A DNA stretch of 64,000 nucleotides from IMG/VR virus record IMGVR_UViG_3300033069_000955. One strand, given 5' to 3'. Below, piece after piece: positions 57,001 through 64,000 of the stretch. How positions within the stretch are numbered: position 1 is the stretch's first letter; each line of letters begins with the position of its first letter. The position numbers and the translations under genes were made by a program. Source of the stretch: an uncultured virus (IMG/VR IMGVR_UViG_3300033069_000955). Lineage: Duplodnaviria > Heunggongvirae > Uroviricota > Caudoviricetes. A model generated the notes under the pieces. That model ran no database searches. It worked only from the letters and a program-made list of their open reading frames with translations, and was not told the origin of the DNA.

Positions 57001-58197
57001 ATGAAAGGTGATCGAAAGATCATCTGCGTCTTTCAAGGATTATCCATGATGACTTCTAAGTTAAACGCAGTGACGAATGATTTCAACGTCTTACTGCACA
57101 GCCTTCCCTCTTCCATTACTGACTACATTGTAGATCCTGACAACCTTATTGAGATTGTAGTAGATTTACAACGACCTGTTGAATTAAGATTTTCAGATGA
57201 TAGTTTCATAGAACTAAAAACTATTGGAACAGAATATTTAATTGAAGAAATTTTAAATGAAATGAGTGAACCAGGAGTTGATAATAGGTGTGGCTTAAAT
57301 GAAACCTTACATCGTATCAGCGTTATTCAAAACAAGAATTTAGACATAGTTGGTATGACTATTAGAATTGGTAAACCTTATGTGGGTAATGCTATTCTGA
57401 TTGCAGATCTTTTAGAAGATAAGAAAAACATCTTACTAATCGGACCTCCAGGCCGAGGAAAAACTTCGATTTTAAGAGAGGCTTCTAACATTCTATCCTC
57501 AGAATTATTGAAAAGAGTAGTAATCGTTGACACCAGCAACGAAATTGCTGGTGAGGGTAACGTCCCTCATAGGGCTGTCGGTCGAAGCAGAAGGCTACAG
57601 GTTCCTAAAACCAAAGCTCAGCATGATGTAATGATTGAAGCTGTAGAGAACCATAACCCACATACAATCATTATTGACGAAGTATCTACATCAGAAGAGG
57701 GTCTGGCTGCTCAAACTATTGCTCAACGGGGTGTTCAAATACTTGCTACAGTACATGGTCACACATTGAATGATTTAATTCAGAACAAATCTCTTGCATC
57801 TATGGTGGGTGGTATTAATAAAGTCACTTTGAGTGATGATACTGCGAGAGCACGGGGATGCCAGAAAACTGCATTAGAACGGGAGTTTCAACCACCCTTT
57901 GATTGTGTTGTAGAAATTAACGCATTTGATGAAGTAGCAGTTCATCATAATGTTAATGAGTCAGTTGATGCTATTTTGAATGGTAAGAAAGTTGTACCAG
58001 AGCTTAGAAGACTTATTAATAATGAAGTAAGAATATTGGTTCCTTACAGTGTAGAATCCTCATTTCATATCAAACCAACTTTCACTGAGGAAGATAGAAC
58101 AGAAAACAGAAATCTGTATCGAGAACATAAACGAGAAACTAAAGACCAATTCCCAAGAAGGGGGACTCAGAAAAAGAGATTTACTAGAAGAAAATAA
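57001..58197 (+). CDS. Ycf45/SpoIIIAA-like AAA ATPase
   Basis: LHRIS, GPPGRGKT, RVVIVDTSNEIAG, QH.VMIEAVENH.P..IIIDE and RGVQ..T.HG motifs. Confidence 0.88.
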   Translation: MKGDRKIICVFQGLSMMTSKLNAVTNDFNVLLHSLPSSITDYIVDPDNLIEIVVDLQRPVELRFSDDSFIELKTIGTEYLIEEILNEMSEPGVDNRCGLNETLHRISVIQNKNLDIVGMTIRIGKPYVGNAILIADLLEDKKNILLIGPPGRGKTSILREASNILSSELLKRVVIVDTSNEIAGEGNVPHRAVGRSRRLQVPKTKAQHDVMIEAVENHNPHTIIIDEVSTSEEGLAAQTIAQRGVQILATVHGHTLNDLIQNKSLASMVGGINKVTLSDDTARARGCQKTALEREFQPPFDCVVEINAFDEVAVHHNVNESVDAILNGKKVVPELRRLINNEVRILVPYSVESSFHIKPTFTEEDRTENRNLYREHKRETKDQFPRRGTQKKRFTRRK

Positions 58198-58802
58198 TGA
58201 GGAAAAATCCACGAACAGAAAGATTTGACCCCTTGACTATTCCAGATCTACTGGAAAAGGCCAAGGCAGGGGACATGGTTGCTCGTAATAGGTTATTGTA
58301 CATGTTTCAGAGCCTCGTAGCGGCCCTTGTGAACGTTTGCCTTAATGGGAAACCCTTTACCCCACACCAGAAGACTTTTGTACGTTTATTTGCTACTAAA
58401 GATGAATCTATACAAAGTGCAGGAATGAGGTTAAAACTAAAATTATCACATCCTGATAAAAAGCATTTAAAAGATAAGTTATTTTTATTGGGACAAGTGG
58501 CAGTGTTAGAGGCCATAAATAAATGTGAAAAGAATTTAGCATCAACAATCTTATATTGCTTTAAAGAAGAGATCACAACTGCAACAAAAGAAGCAACCCC
58601 CACAATTCATACAGACTATGATACTCTCCAGCAATCAACGACCATACATGAAGATACGTATTTAAATATATTTCTTACGACTTTAAGTGAAGAAGATCAA
58701 GTTGTTGTAGAGAAAATATTAAACGGAGAGAAAGGAGTAAAAATTTCCAGAAATCTAAAATCTAAATTATCTGCGTTTCTTCGTCCAGACACCTCTATTT
58801 AA
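58197..58802 (+). CDS. Divergent sigma-factor-like protein
   Basis: LLEKAKAGDMVARNRLL (region 1.2/2 start), G..AVLEAI and LTTLSEEDQVVV (region-4 start); region 4 looks truncated. Confidence 0.55.
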   Translation: MRKNPRTERFDPLTIPDLLEKAKAGDMVARNRLLYMFQSLVAALVNVCLNGKPFTPHQKTFVRLFATKDESIQSAGMRLKLKLSHPDKKHLKDKLFLLGQVAVLEAINKCEKNLASTILYCFKEEITTATKEATPTIHTDYDTLQQSTTIHEDTYLNIFLTTLSEEDQVVVEKILNGEKGVKISRNLKSKLSAFLRPDTSI

Positions 58803-58819
58803 ATAAGGGAGATACAAAC

Positions 58820-59188
58820 ATGGTTATTAAGGTTAAAGTAGTGGGACCAGTTTCTGTTAAGTTCAGAGATCGCATCGGTCCGTTTAGTTGGAATCGAACT
58901 GTAAAAACAGAATTGAATGAGACTTATACCTTGTCTAAGACAAATGGTCTTAGCTTGCAGAAAGTACAAAAGATTCCTGGCCCGTTTGACATGTCGGTCT
59001 ATGTATCGGTCTCCAATGGAGAATTTCGGGGTAAAGTTAAATTAGTCCTTGATGGTACTGATTTAACAGTCTTAGAACAAGACTTGGGCAGCGGTAAGTT
59101 GAGTAGCTTTGTAAAGCCTTGGAAAGTTAGAGTGAACAATGTACGAGGAGTAACTTGTGATTTGTCACTCTCTCTAGAGACAAGCTAA
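58820..59188 (+). CDS. Beta-rich hypothetical protein
   Basis: AAGGGAG RBS; CTCTATTT motif upstream. Confidence 0.65.
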   Translation: MVIKVKVVGPVSVKFRDRIGPFSWNRTVKTELNETYTLSKTNGLSLQKVQKIPGPFDMSVYVSVSNGEFRGKVKLVLDGTDLTVLEQDLGSGKLSSFVKPWKVRVNNVRGVTCDLSLSLETS

Positions 59189-59209
59189 GTTAAATACTTG
59201 TAGCTTACG

Positions 59210-59241
59210 ATATAGATGGTTCTAAATAGGGCCATCTATAT
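59210..59241. terminator. Intrinsic terminator hairpin between convergent gene blocks
   Basis: ATATAGATGG(TTC)-loop-(GGG)CCATCTATAT followed by TTATTT; located at the strand switch. Confidence 0.8.
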
Positions 59242-59245
59242 TTAT

Positions 59246-59542
59246 TTACACGGCAACTCTATATAAGTTAAATCTAAATAATGACTGAGAAAGAGCTGGA
59301 CAAGATTCTTGTACACAATAAGAGTAATAATCACACAACTCTCCAATATTCCCAGTCTTGAAATCTTTAATAGATTCCTTTATAAATAAAATACTGGCTA
59401 AGACAATATTAGAGACTTCAACTACTGTTTCAGCAATACATTCAACTACTTCTACTACGATCTCTTTAACAGGCTTAATTCCTAACAGAGAAAAAAAAAC
59501 ATTCTTCAATTTATTACCGACTAATTCAATTATTTCAAACAT
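59246..59542 (-). CDS. Hypothetical protein
   Basis: Last gene of the minus-strand block; overlap-coupled. Confidence 0.5.
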   Translation of the reverse strand: MFEIIELVGNKLKNVFFSLLGIKPVKEIVVEVVECIAETVVEVSNIVLASILFIKESIKDFKTGNIGELCDYYSYCVQESCPALSQSLFRFNLYRVAV

Positions 59543-59864
59543 AAGACACCAAATAAATATAACGATCTACAAGATCATCATAATGAAAAGTGGGTGAAAC
59601 ACTATCACATTTAATTGGTTCTACCATCATAGGTATTCCAAGTTTAGTTAAAGCGTACATTCCCTCAAATTCAGGTTTTTTAGAATGGTAAACCATAAAC
59701 TTACCATTAGATTTAAAATAGGTTGCAAGAAATAATGTATCGGGATTTTCTGACTTGATTCTGTTTATTGTTGCCTCAACAGACCAATTGTGAGTAAAAG
59801 AAGTACTGCTGATGTAACTATGTACATCAGCAGTAAAGTGTAATCCTAGTAAAGGTTTAATCAA
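59535..59864 (-). CDS. Hypothetical protein
   Basis: Overlap-coupled to both neighbours. Confidence 0.55.
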   Translation of the reverse strand: MIKPLLGLHFTADVHSYISSTSFTHNWSVEATINRIKSENPDTLFLATYFKSNGKFMVYHSKKPEFEGMYALTKLGIPMMVEPIKCDSVSPTFHYDDLVDRYIYLVSYV

Positions 59865-60157
59865 CTTACTTCATAGTAGTCTTCGGATAAAACTTCCCCA
59901 TTCGAGTTAACTGGCATAAAACCAGCTACTTTTTGAGTAATTTTCGTAGACTGTAATTTAAAGTCACTAGGGCTTTCAATTATTACGGCTTTGTGGTTCT
60001 CTGCTGCCCTTTCACAGGCTTCTAGTACCTCATGTGCCATATACCCTGTAAGATTAGAAACAGGCACCAGAACTTCACATTCTTCAACAATGGTATTTGT
60101 GTACCTTACTCTCGCGTAGTACTCAACTCCATCTCGATTATTTTCATTGCATTGCAT
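59861..60157 (-). CDS. Hypothetical protein
   Basis: ORF in the packed block; AGGAGG further upstream. Confidence 0.55.
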   Translation of the reverse strand: MQCNENNRDGVEYYARVRYTNTIVEECEVLVPVSNLTGYMAHEVLEACERAAENHKAVIIESPSDFKLQSTKITQKVAGFMPVNSNGEVLSEDYYEVS

Positions 60158-60250
60158 AATAGTGTGGTCAAAGACCTCCTATAAATAAAGACGATTGAAA
60201 CCACTAAAAGTGCTCAATCAATTAATGTTTTTTATTGTAAAGCTTTGTAA

Positions 60251-60859
60251 TCATTTCTTTTTTACAAAAAATTCAATACCATAATGAGGATAAGGATTTC
60301 CAAACTGTTTAGAGTTAACTTTTAAGCTACTAGAACTTCCACCATCCATATTCATAGCATAAGTGCAACCTAATTTTTGTAAATCAAAAGCCATATTACT
60401 TAAACTAGTGTTGCTGTTATAGTAAAGTATAATTTTCCCAAATTCAGTAATACCAAGAGCAGTATGCTTGGTTACTCTACTAACATCTAATTGAAAGTGT
60501 CCTTCTTTTAAAGAAAGTGGATAAACAATTTTACCAGCATTAATTAACCAAGGTCCTGCCTGACTAGCTAAACTATAATCAGACAACATAGATGCATTTG
60601 AAAGTACCTTTAAAGAAGGCACTCCTTTTTCAGTTATAAGAAAGACAGGACGTATATTACTATATTTGTCAATATAAGGAAAAAGAGTATAATCTTTTAA
60701 CAGACCAATTGGATTATTGTTCCAATAGTAATTACTATTTATAGCAAAATTAGATAATTTAGAAAGCTTTTTTCTAAATATTTTTATTTCATAAGCTACT
60801 GGATTTATTTTAATAGCTACAAAATTATTCTGATGGATAATCTGGTATGGTAGTACCAT
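60251..60859 (-). CDS. Phosphodiester glycosidase (NAGPA/DUF2233) family protein
   Basis: AINSNYY, QAGPWLI..G, TALGIT and LGC..AMNMDGGSSS motifs. Confidence 0.85.
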   Translation of the reverse strand: MVLPYQIIHQNNFVAIKINPVAYEIKIFRKKLSKLSNFAINSNYYWNNNPIGLLKDYTLFPYIDKYSNIRPVFLITEKGVPSLKVLSNASMLSDYSLASQAGPWLINAGKIVYPLSLKEGHFQLDVSRVTKHTALGITEFGKIILYYNSNTSLSNMAFDLQKLGCTYAMNMDGGSSSSLKVNSKQFGNPYPHYGIEFFVKKK

Positions 60860-61061
60860 GATTAAATAGTGGTGCTTGTCTCGGAATAGTAATCATTTTT
60901 TCAAAATAGTGTAATCGTTCTTCTAGTTCTCTAATTCTTTTTTCTAGCTGCACAATGGTTTTAGAATTAGTTTTGGATGCTGACGATAGTATGACAATAC
61001 TCCCAGCAAGGCTACTAATTGTCTCAGAAAATTTATCTAAAGCTTTATAGAGTTCAGTCAT
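60825..61061 (-). CDS. Small coiled-coil hypothetical protein
   Basis: Start at ATG 61061 (MTELYK) preferred; LEKRIRELEERL heptads. Confidence 0.5.
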   Translation of the reverse strand: MTELYKALDKFSETISSLAGSIVILSSASKTNSKTIVQLEKRIRELEERLHYFEKMITIPRQAPLFNHGTTIPDYPSE

Positions 61062-61176
61062 CTTGTTTTTCTTCTTTTTGTGGTTTAGATTCCTGCTTAG
61101 AATTTTGTTTCTTTTTAGAGTTCTTAACATTCCAATAATGTTGTTCTTTATTAATAATTTGTTTTCTTTGTCTCAT
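61054..61176 (-). CDS. Small charged peptide (40 aa), absent from the ORF track
   Basis: Hand-translated MRQRKQIINKEQHYWNVKNSKKKQNSKQESKPQKEEKQDD*. ATGA overlap upstream and ATGACTGA overlap downstream. Confidence 0.45.
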   Translation of the reverse strand: MRQRKQIINKEQHYWNVKNSKKKQNSKQESKPQKEEKQDD

Positions 61177-62039
61177 TGTACAAATGTCCCACATGATGCA
61201 TAAACATCAGTTCCTACTCTTTCAATAACTTGTGTTTTATTCTGGAAGGAGGGCCACATATTTGAAATGTAATCCATGTTTCTTTGGATTACTTCAATTG
61301 AGGATTCCTTTCCATATTCTTCTGAATAAGGGTTGTATCTTACTAAATTAAACTCACAGTCTAGTTTATACTTACTAATAGCATCTATGATTCTTTCTAG
61401 ATCTTCAATACTATCATTTTCGCCTTCAATAAAGCAATGGTGGATCTTAATCTTTTTCTTACTATATAACTGATAGTTTTTTAGTTTTTGTAAAGCAGAA
61501 TCAACATCTAAACCATTAGGAATCCACTTCTTTCTAAAATCAGGATTTACTGAATATAAAGAATAGTAAATGGTAGGATGAATAATTTTAAAGACTTCTG
61601 TTAACTCTTTATCAAAGGTCCTAGGTATAATTGTAGAGATATTATATTTTACAGATAAATTAGAATCATAAGCCATAGCTAACTTACCCAAATCATATAG
61701 TATAGAATCAGCATCCTTTAAAATATTCTTATTTTCCAGTACCTCTCCTCTAGCCATAAAGTTATAATGAATAATTTTAGCAGGATGATCAGATTGTTTG
61801 TAATGTTTTAATACTTCACTTGCTTGTTCTAAGTATTCAATGTGAGATGCATCTTCGAGTTTAGTTTGCTTAGTTGCAGAAAGCCAGCAAAATCTACAGC
61901 CACGATTGCAACCTGACTGACTAGATAAATAACAGATAAAATAATCATCTTTCTTCCTCACATATCTAGACTCTAAAAAGCCTTCCATCTGTTGCTCAAC
62001 AAAGTTGACTGATCTATCTATCTGTGAATCTAATCTCAT
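61173..62039 (-). CDS. RlmN/Cfr-like radical SAM enzyme
   Basis: LSSQSGCNRGCRFC (CxxxCxxC), FMARGE (cf. MGMGEP), YSL, NL..YNP and G.DV.ASCG motifs. Confidence 0.85.
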   Translation of the reverse strand: MRLDSQIDRSVNFVEQQMEGFLESRYVRKKDDYFICYLSSQSGCNRGCRFCWLSATKQTKLEDASHIEYLEQASEVLKHYKQSDHPAKIIHYNFMARGEVLENKNILKDADSILYDLGKLAMAYDSNLSVKYNISTIIPRTFDKELTEVFKIIHPTIYYSLYSVNPDFRKKWIPNGLDVDSALQKLKNYQLYSKKKIKIHHCFIEGENDSIEDLERIIDAISKYKLDCEFNLVRYNPYSEEYGKESSIEVIQRNMDYISNMWPSFQNKTQVIERVGTDVYASCGTFVQ

Positions 62040-62443
62040 TAAAACCAGTTACATCCTTTTAAATTTGTTTCTCTTCTTTTTGCTAGCTCTAACTCATTTT
62101 CTAATTGTGGAATTCTAGATTCTAGTCTTTTTAAAGCATTCTTTTTCCATTTAGCCATAGCTTCAACCCATTCTGGATTAGCTAGAATAATACCAATCAA
62201 TTCTTCCAGATAAGGAACAAAACTAACTTCTGGATCTATCTCTAGATAGGTTCTAGATTCTTGATCCCATCTACCAAGCTCACCAATAGTTACTGTTAAG
62301 CCTTCTTGTTGACATTCATTAAAATTCAAGTGACTTGCGTAGCGATAGGGAGTTTGTCTAGATATTGAAAACTGGCCTTCTTGTCTATATTGTATAAGTA
62401 CAGTTAAACCATCTTTTAATTCATACTCTGCACGATAATTCAT
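62039..62443 (-). CDS. Hypothetical protein
   Basis: TAATG-coupled to the radical SAM gene; C-terminal coiled coil. Confidence 0.6.
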   Translation of the reverse strand: MNYRAEYELKDGLTVLIQYRQEGQFSISRQTPYRYASHLNFNECQQEGLTVTIGELGRWDQESRTYLEIDPEVSFVPYLEELIGIILANPEWVEAMAKWKKNALKRLESRIPQLENELELAKRRETNLKGCNWF

Positions 62444-62503
62444 AATTATTTATCCTGATCAAATTCTTCCAAAACGGTTGCTTGGGTGGATCTACATTAA
62501 TAG

Positions 62504-62533
62504 ATTGTACCACTATCAAAACTTCGAGATCAA
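62504..62533 (-). promoter_or_regulatory. Candidate host sigma70-type promoter
   Basis: Minus strand reads TTGATC-18 nt-TACAAT with an extended TG (TGGTACAAT) in an intergenic gap. Confidence 0.4.
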
Positions 62534-62571
62534 AAATCTCATTACTACCTGTAATTGTTAAATTCATTTTT

Positions 62572-64000
62572 TTATTTTCCTAATGTAACAATTTCACAGC
62601 TACCACCATGGCAAGCTTGAGCACCCATAGTATCTAATTCTAGATAGACTGGGGCTTTAAGGATTTCTGTAAAATCTACATCTTTCATTTCTCTTGTAAT
62701 AGATTCCCACTTATGACAAAGATGCACATCTTTTAAACAATAAATAGTTCTATTAATATCATTTTTGAAATAGTTTTTGGCAAACTTCTTAACTCTTGCA
62801 ATCCAAGAGTTCTTTAAAAGAACTTGTTCTCTTGTACCAATGGGAGTTTTGTTATACAAAATATGTTCACAAGCATCCCATAAGTTTTGATTAAAGTAAT
62901 GAAGACCATCAACAATAATACCAGATGCAAACAAACATCCTTTACCATATTTGTTAGCGATCTCTTCAAAAGTTAAGACAGAAGTATTAGGTGCTTGATT
63001 ATAGTCCTTATCACCAAACAAAGTAATAAAACTAACAGCAGTAAAACTATCTTGGTTCTTCATTAAATACTGGATAATTTCTTCTCTATCATCAATAATA
63101 ACAGTGTTGCTAACATTATGTGAAGTAGTAGGAACAATACATCTTTCTTCTACTTTACCATAGTTTACCCAATTATCTTTAACTAACTTAATTAGTTCTA
63201 AATGCTTAACACCTTGAAGTTCTTCTTTATATAAAGTGCCTGGATCATTCTCAATAGGAACAAAAACAGCATAGTCAGTTTGATTAGAAGAATAGACCCC
63301 TTCTTCCAGAAGTAAAGGCATATTTTTATTTACCCAAACTCCTACTTCAGTATCTTTATTAAGTTGCATAACTCTGAAATACTTTTCAGAGTGTTCTGGA
63401 TGAATACCAGAAGCACAACCTAAGATAACAGAAGAATTACCAGAAGGTTTAACAGTAGTTGCTCTAGCAGTAGGATTAATTCCAATAATCTTAGCTACTT
63501 CTTCGTTAGTATCTAATACTATCTTAGCTCCTTTTTGAAGTACTTCTGGATTAAAGAGCCATGGTTGATTACACCAACCACTAATAGATACTCCAAGTAA
63601 AGCTTCTTTTTGAGAAACATAAATTGTATCTTCTAAGCAATCTTCAATATTAGCAAAATTAGTATATCCTGCTTGAAGAGTTCCAACAATGGCAGCAGTT
63701 CTACACATCAAGTAGAAATCTTTCTCAGTTTTACATAACTGAGCATTACCTTCGTTAAGATTACAACATTGAATAGCTGTTCTAATAGACCCATCTGTCA
63801 ACAAAGTAGGATCAGACTTCATAATCCTCTCCATAATACTCTTATCAGAATAATCAAAAATTAATGGGGTAAAGCCAATCTCAAAACAATTATGAGCTAC
63901 TAAGCCATTAGCTGAAAAAGCATGAACATCTTCAACTGAACAATCATATACCATTTGATAACCAGCATCTTCAATACCAGTTACTTCATCATAAAAGTTT
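62572..64000 (-). CDS. Ribonucleotide reductase catalytic subunit, 3' part (5' truncated, intein-containing); class uncertain
   Basis: CFEIG, CNLNE, GTLQAGYT, LLGVS, TTVKPSGN.S..SGIHP and C-terminal CHGGSCE. The frame stays open to the window edge. No YY dyad is seen, which resembles class II. Confidence 0.9.
   Translation of the reverse strand, partial: NFYDEVTGIEDAGYQMVYDCSVEDVHAFSANGLVAHNCFEIGFTPLIFDYSDKSIMERIMKSDPTLLTDGSIRTAIQCCNLNEGNAQLCKTEKDFYLMCRTAAIVGTLQAGYTNFANIEDCLEDTIYVSQKEALLGVSISGWCNQPWLFNPEVLQKGAKIVLDTNEEVAKIIGINPTARATTVKPSGNSSVILGCASGIHPEHSEKYFRVMQLNKDTEVGVWVNKNMPLLLEEGVYSSNQTDYAVFVPIENDPGTLYKEELQGVKHLELIKLVKDNWVNYGKVEERCIVPTTSHNVSNTVIIDDREEIIQYLMKNQDSFTAVSFITLFGDKDYNQAPNTSVLTFEEIANKYGKGCLFASGIIVDGLHYFNQNLWDACEHILYNKTPIGTREQVLLKNSWIARVKKFAKNYFKNDINRTIYCLKDVHLCHKWESITREMKDVDFTEILKAPVYLELDTMGAQACHGGSCEIVTLGK
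63889..64000 (-). mobile_element. C-terminal part of an intein in the RNR
   Basis: DEVTGIEDAGYQMVYDCSVEDVHAFSANGLVAHN followed by Cys+1 (blocks F/G). Confidence 0.9.

Noticed and set aside
596..58603. Numerous short minus-strand and alternate-frame ORFs in the track nested within long plus-strand genes
   Set aside because: They lie wholly or largely inside recognisable genes, have no motifs and look like antisense shadows. The same applies to 59358-59597 (+).
60160..60222. Minus-strand ACACTA (60160-65) and weak hairpins upstream of the 60157 gene
   Set aside because: The motif is only 2 nt from the ATG, unlike the other instances, and the stems are short and imperfect.
62421..62567. Possible 48-aa minus-strand ORF (MNLTITGSNEIF...)
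   Set aside because: Open by hand translation but with no recognisable features, and it overlaps a candidate promoter; not enough support to call.
1..64000. CRISPR array, tRNA/rRNA genes, reverse transcriptase/DGR or retron
   Set aside because: Non-coding gaps are all under about 170 nt, and I saw no spaced direct repeats, cloverleafs or RT motifs by eye. The Cas4-like nuclease is solitary. A diverged TR/VR pair cannot be fully excluded without a self-alignment.
1..64000. Alternative genetic code (stop-codon reassignment)
   Set aside because: Long conserved genes are intact in the standard code, and TAA, TAG and TGA all end recognisable proteins at expected positions.

Overview
This window is a gene-dense, AT-rich (by inspection) segment of a large myovirus-like (probably jumbo) phage read in the standard code, with many TAATG/ATGA-coupled genes. 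From 1 to 38.9 kb (+) lies a contractile-tail/baseplate module. It contains a 2683-aa hub-like protein with a degenerate lytic-transglycosylase domain, GH73 and M15B wall hydrolases sharing an N-terminal leader, gp25-like and baseplate-J proteins, putative fibres and a paralogous structural family. A GIY-YIG endonuclease, a GT4-SEC-C glycosyltransferase, RuvC and GroEL are embedded in it. From 39 to 43 kb are a sigma/HTH-like factor, a tandem two-domain GroES, RemA and a degenerate NMP kinase. From 43 to 54 kb is a sugar biosynthesis/modification/transfer cluster: GT2 x2, GT9, GT-A-like, RmlD, acyltransferase, methyltransferase, PhyH-type dioxygenase, SDR and an intein-containing DegT aminotransferase. 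From 54 to 59 kb are a PD-(D/E)XK nuclease, an amidase, a Ycf45-like ATPase and a second sigma-like factor. After a terminator, 59.2-64 kb (-) carries a phosphodiester glycosidase, an RlmN-like radical SAM enzyme and an intein-containing ribonucleotide reductase. The most notable signals are the phage glycosylation pathway, homing endonucleases that appear to capture and replace gene termini, the shared hydrolase leader, the Cpn20-like co-chaperonin and a recurrent ACACTA/CTCTA motif upstream of starts. All family calls come from motif recognition by eye; no searches were run.
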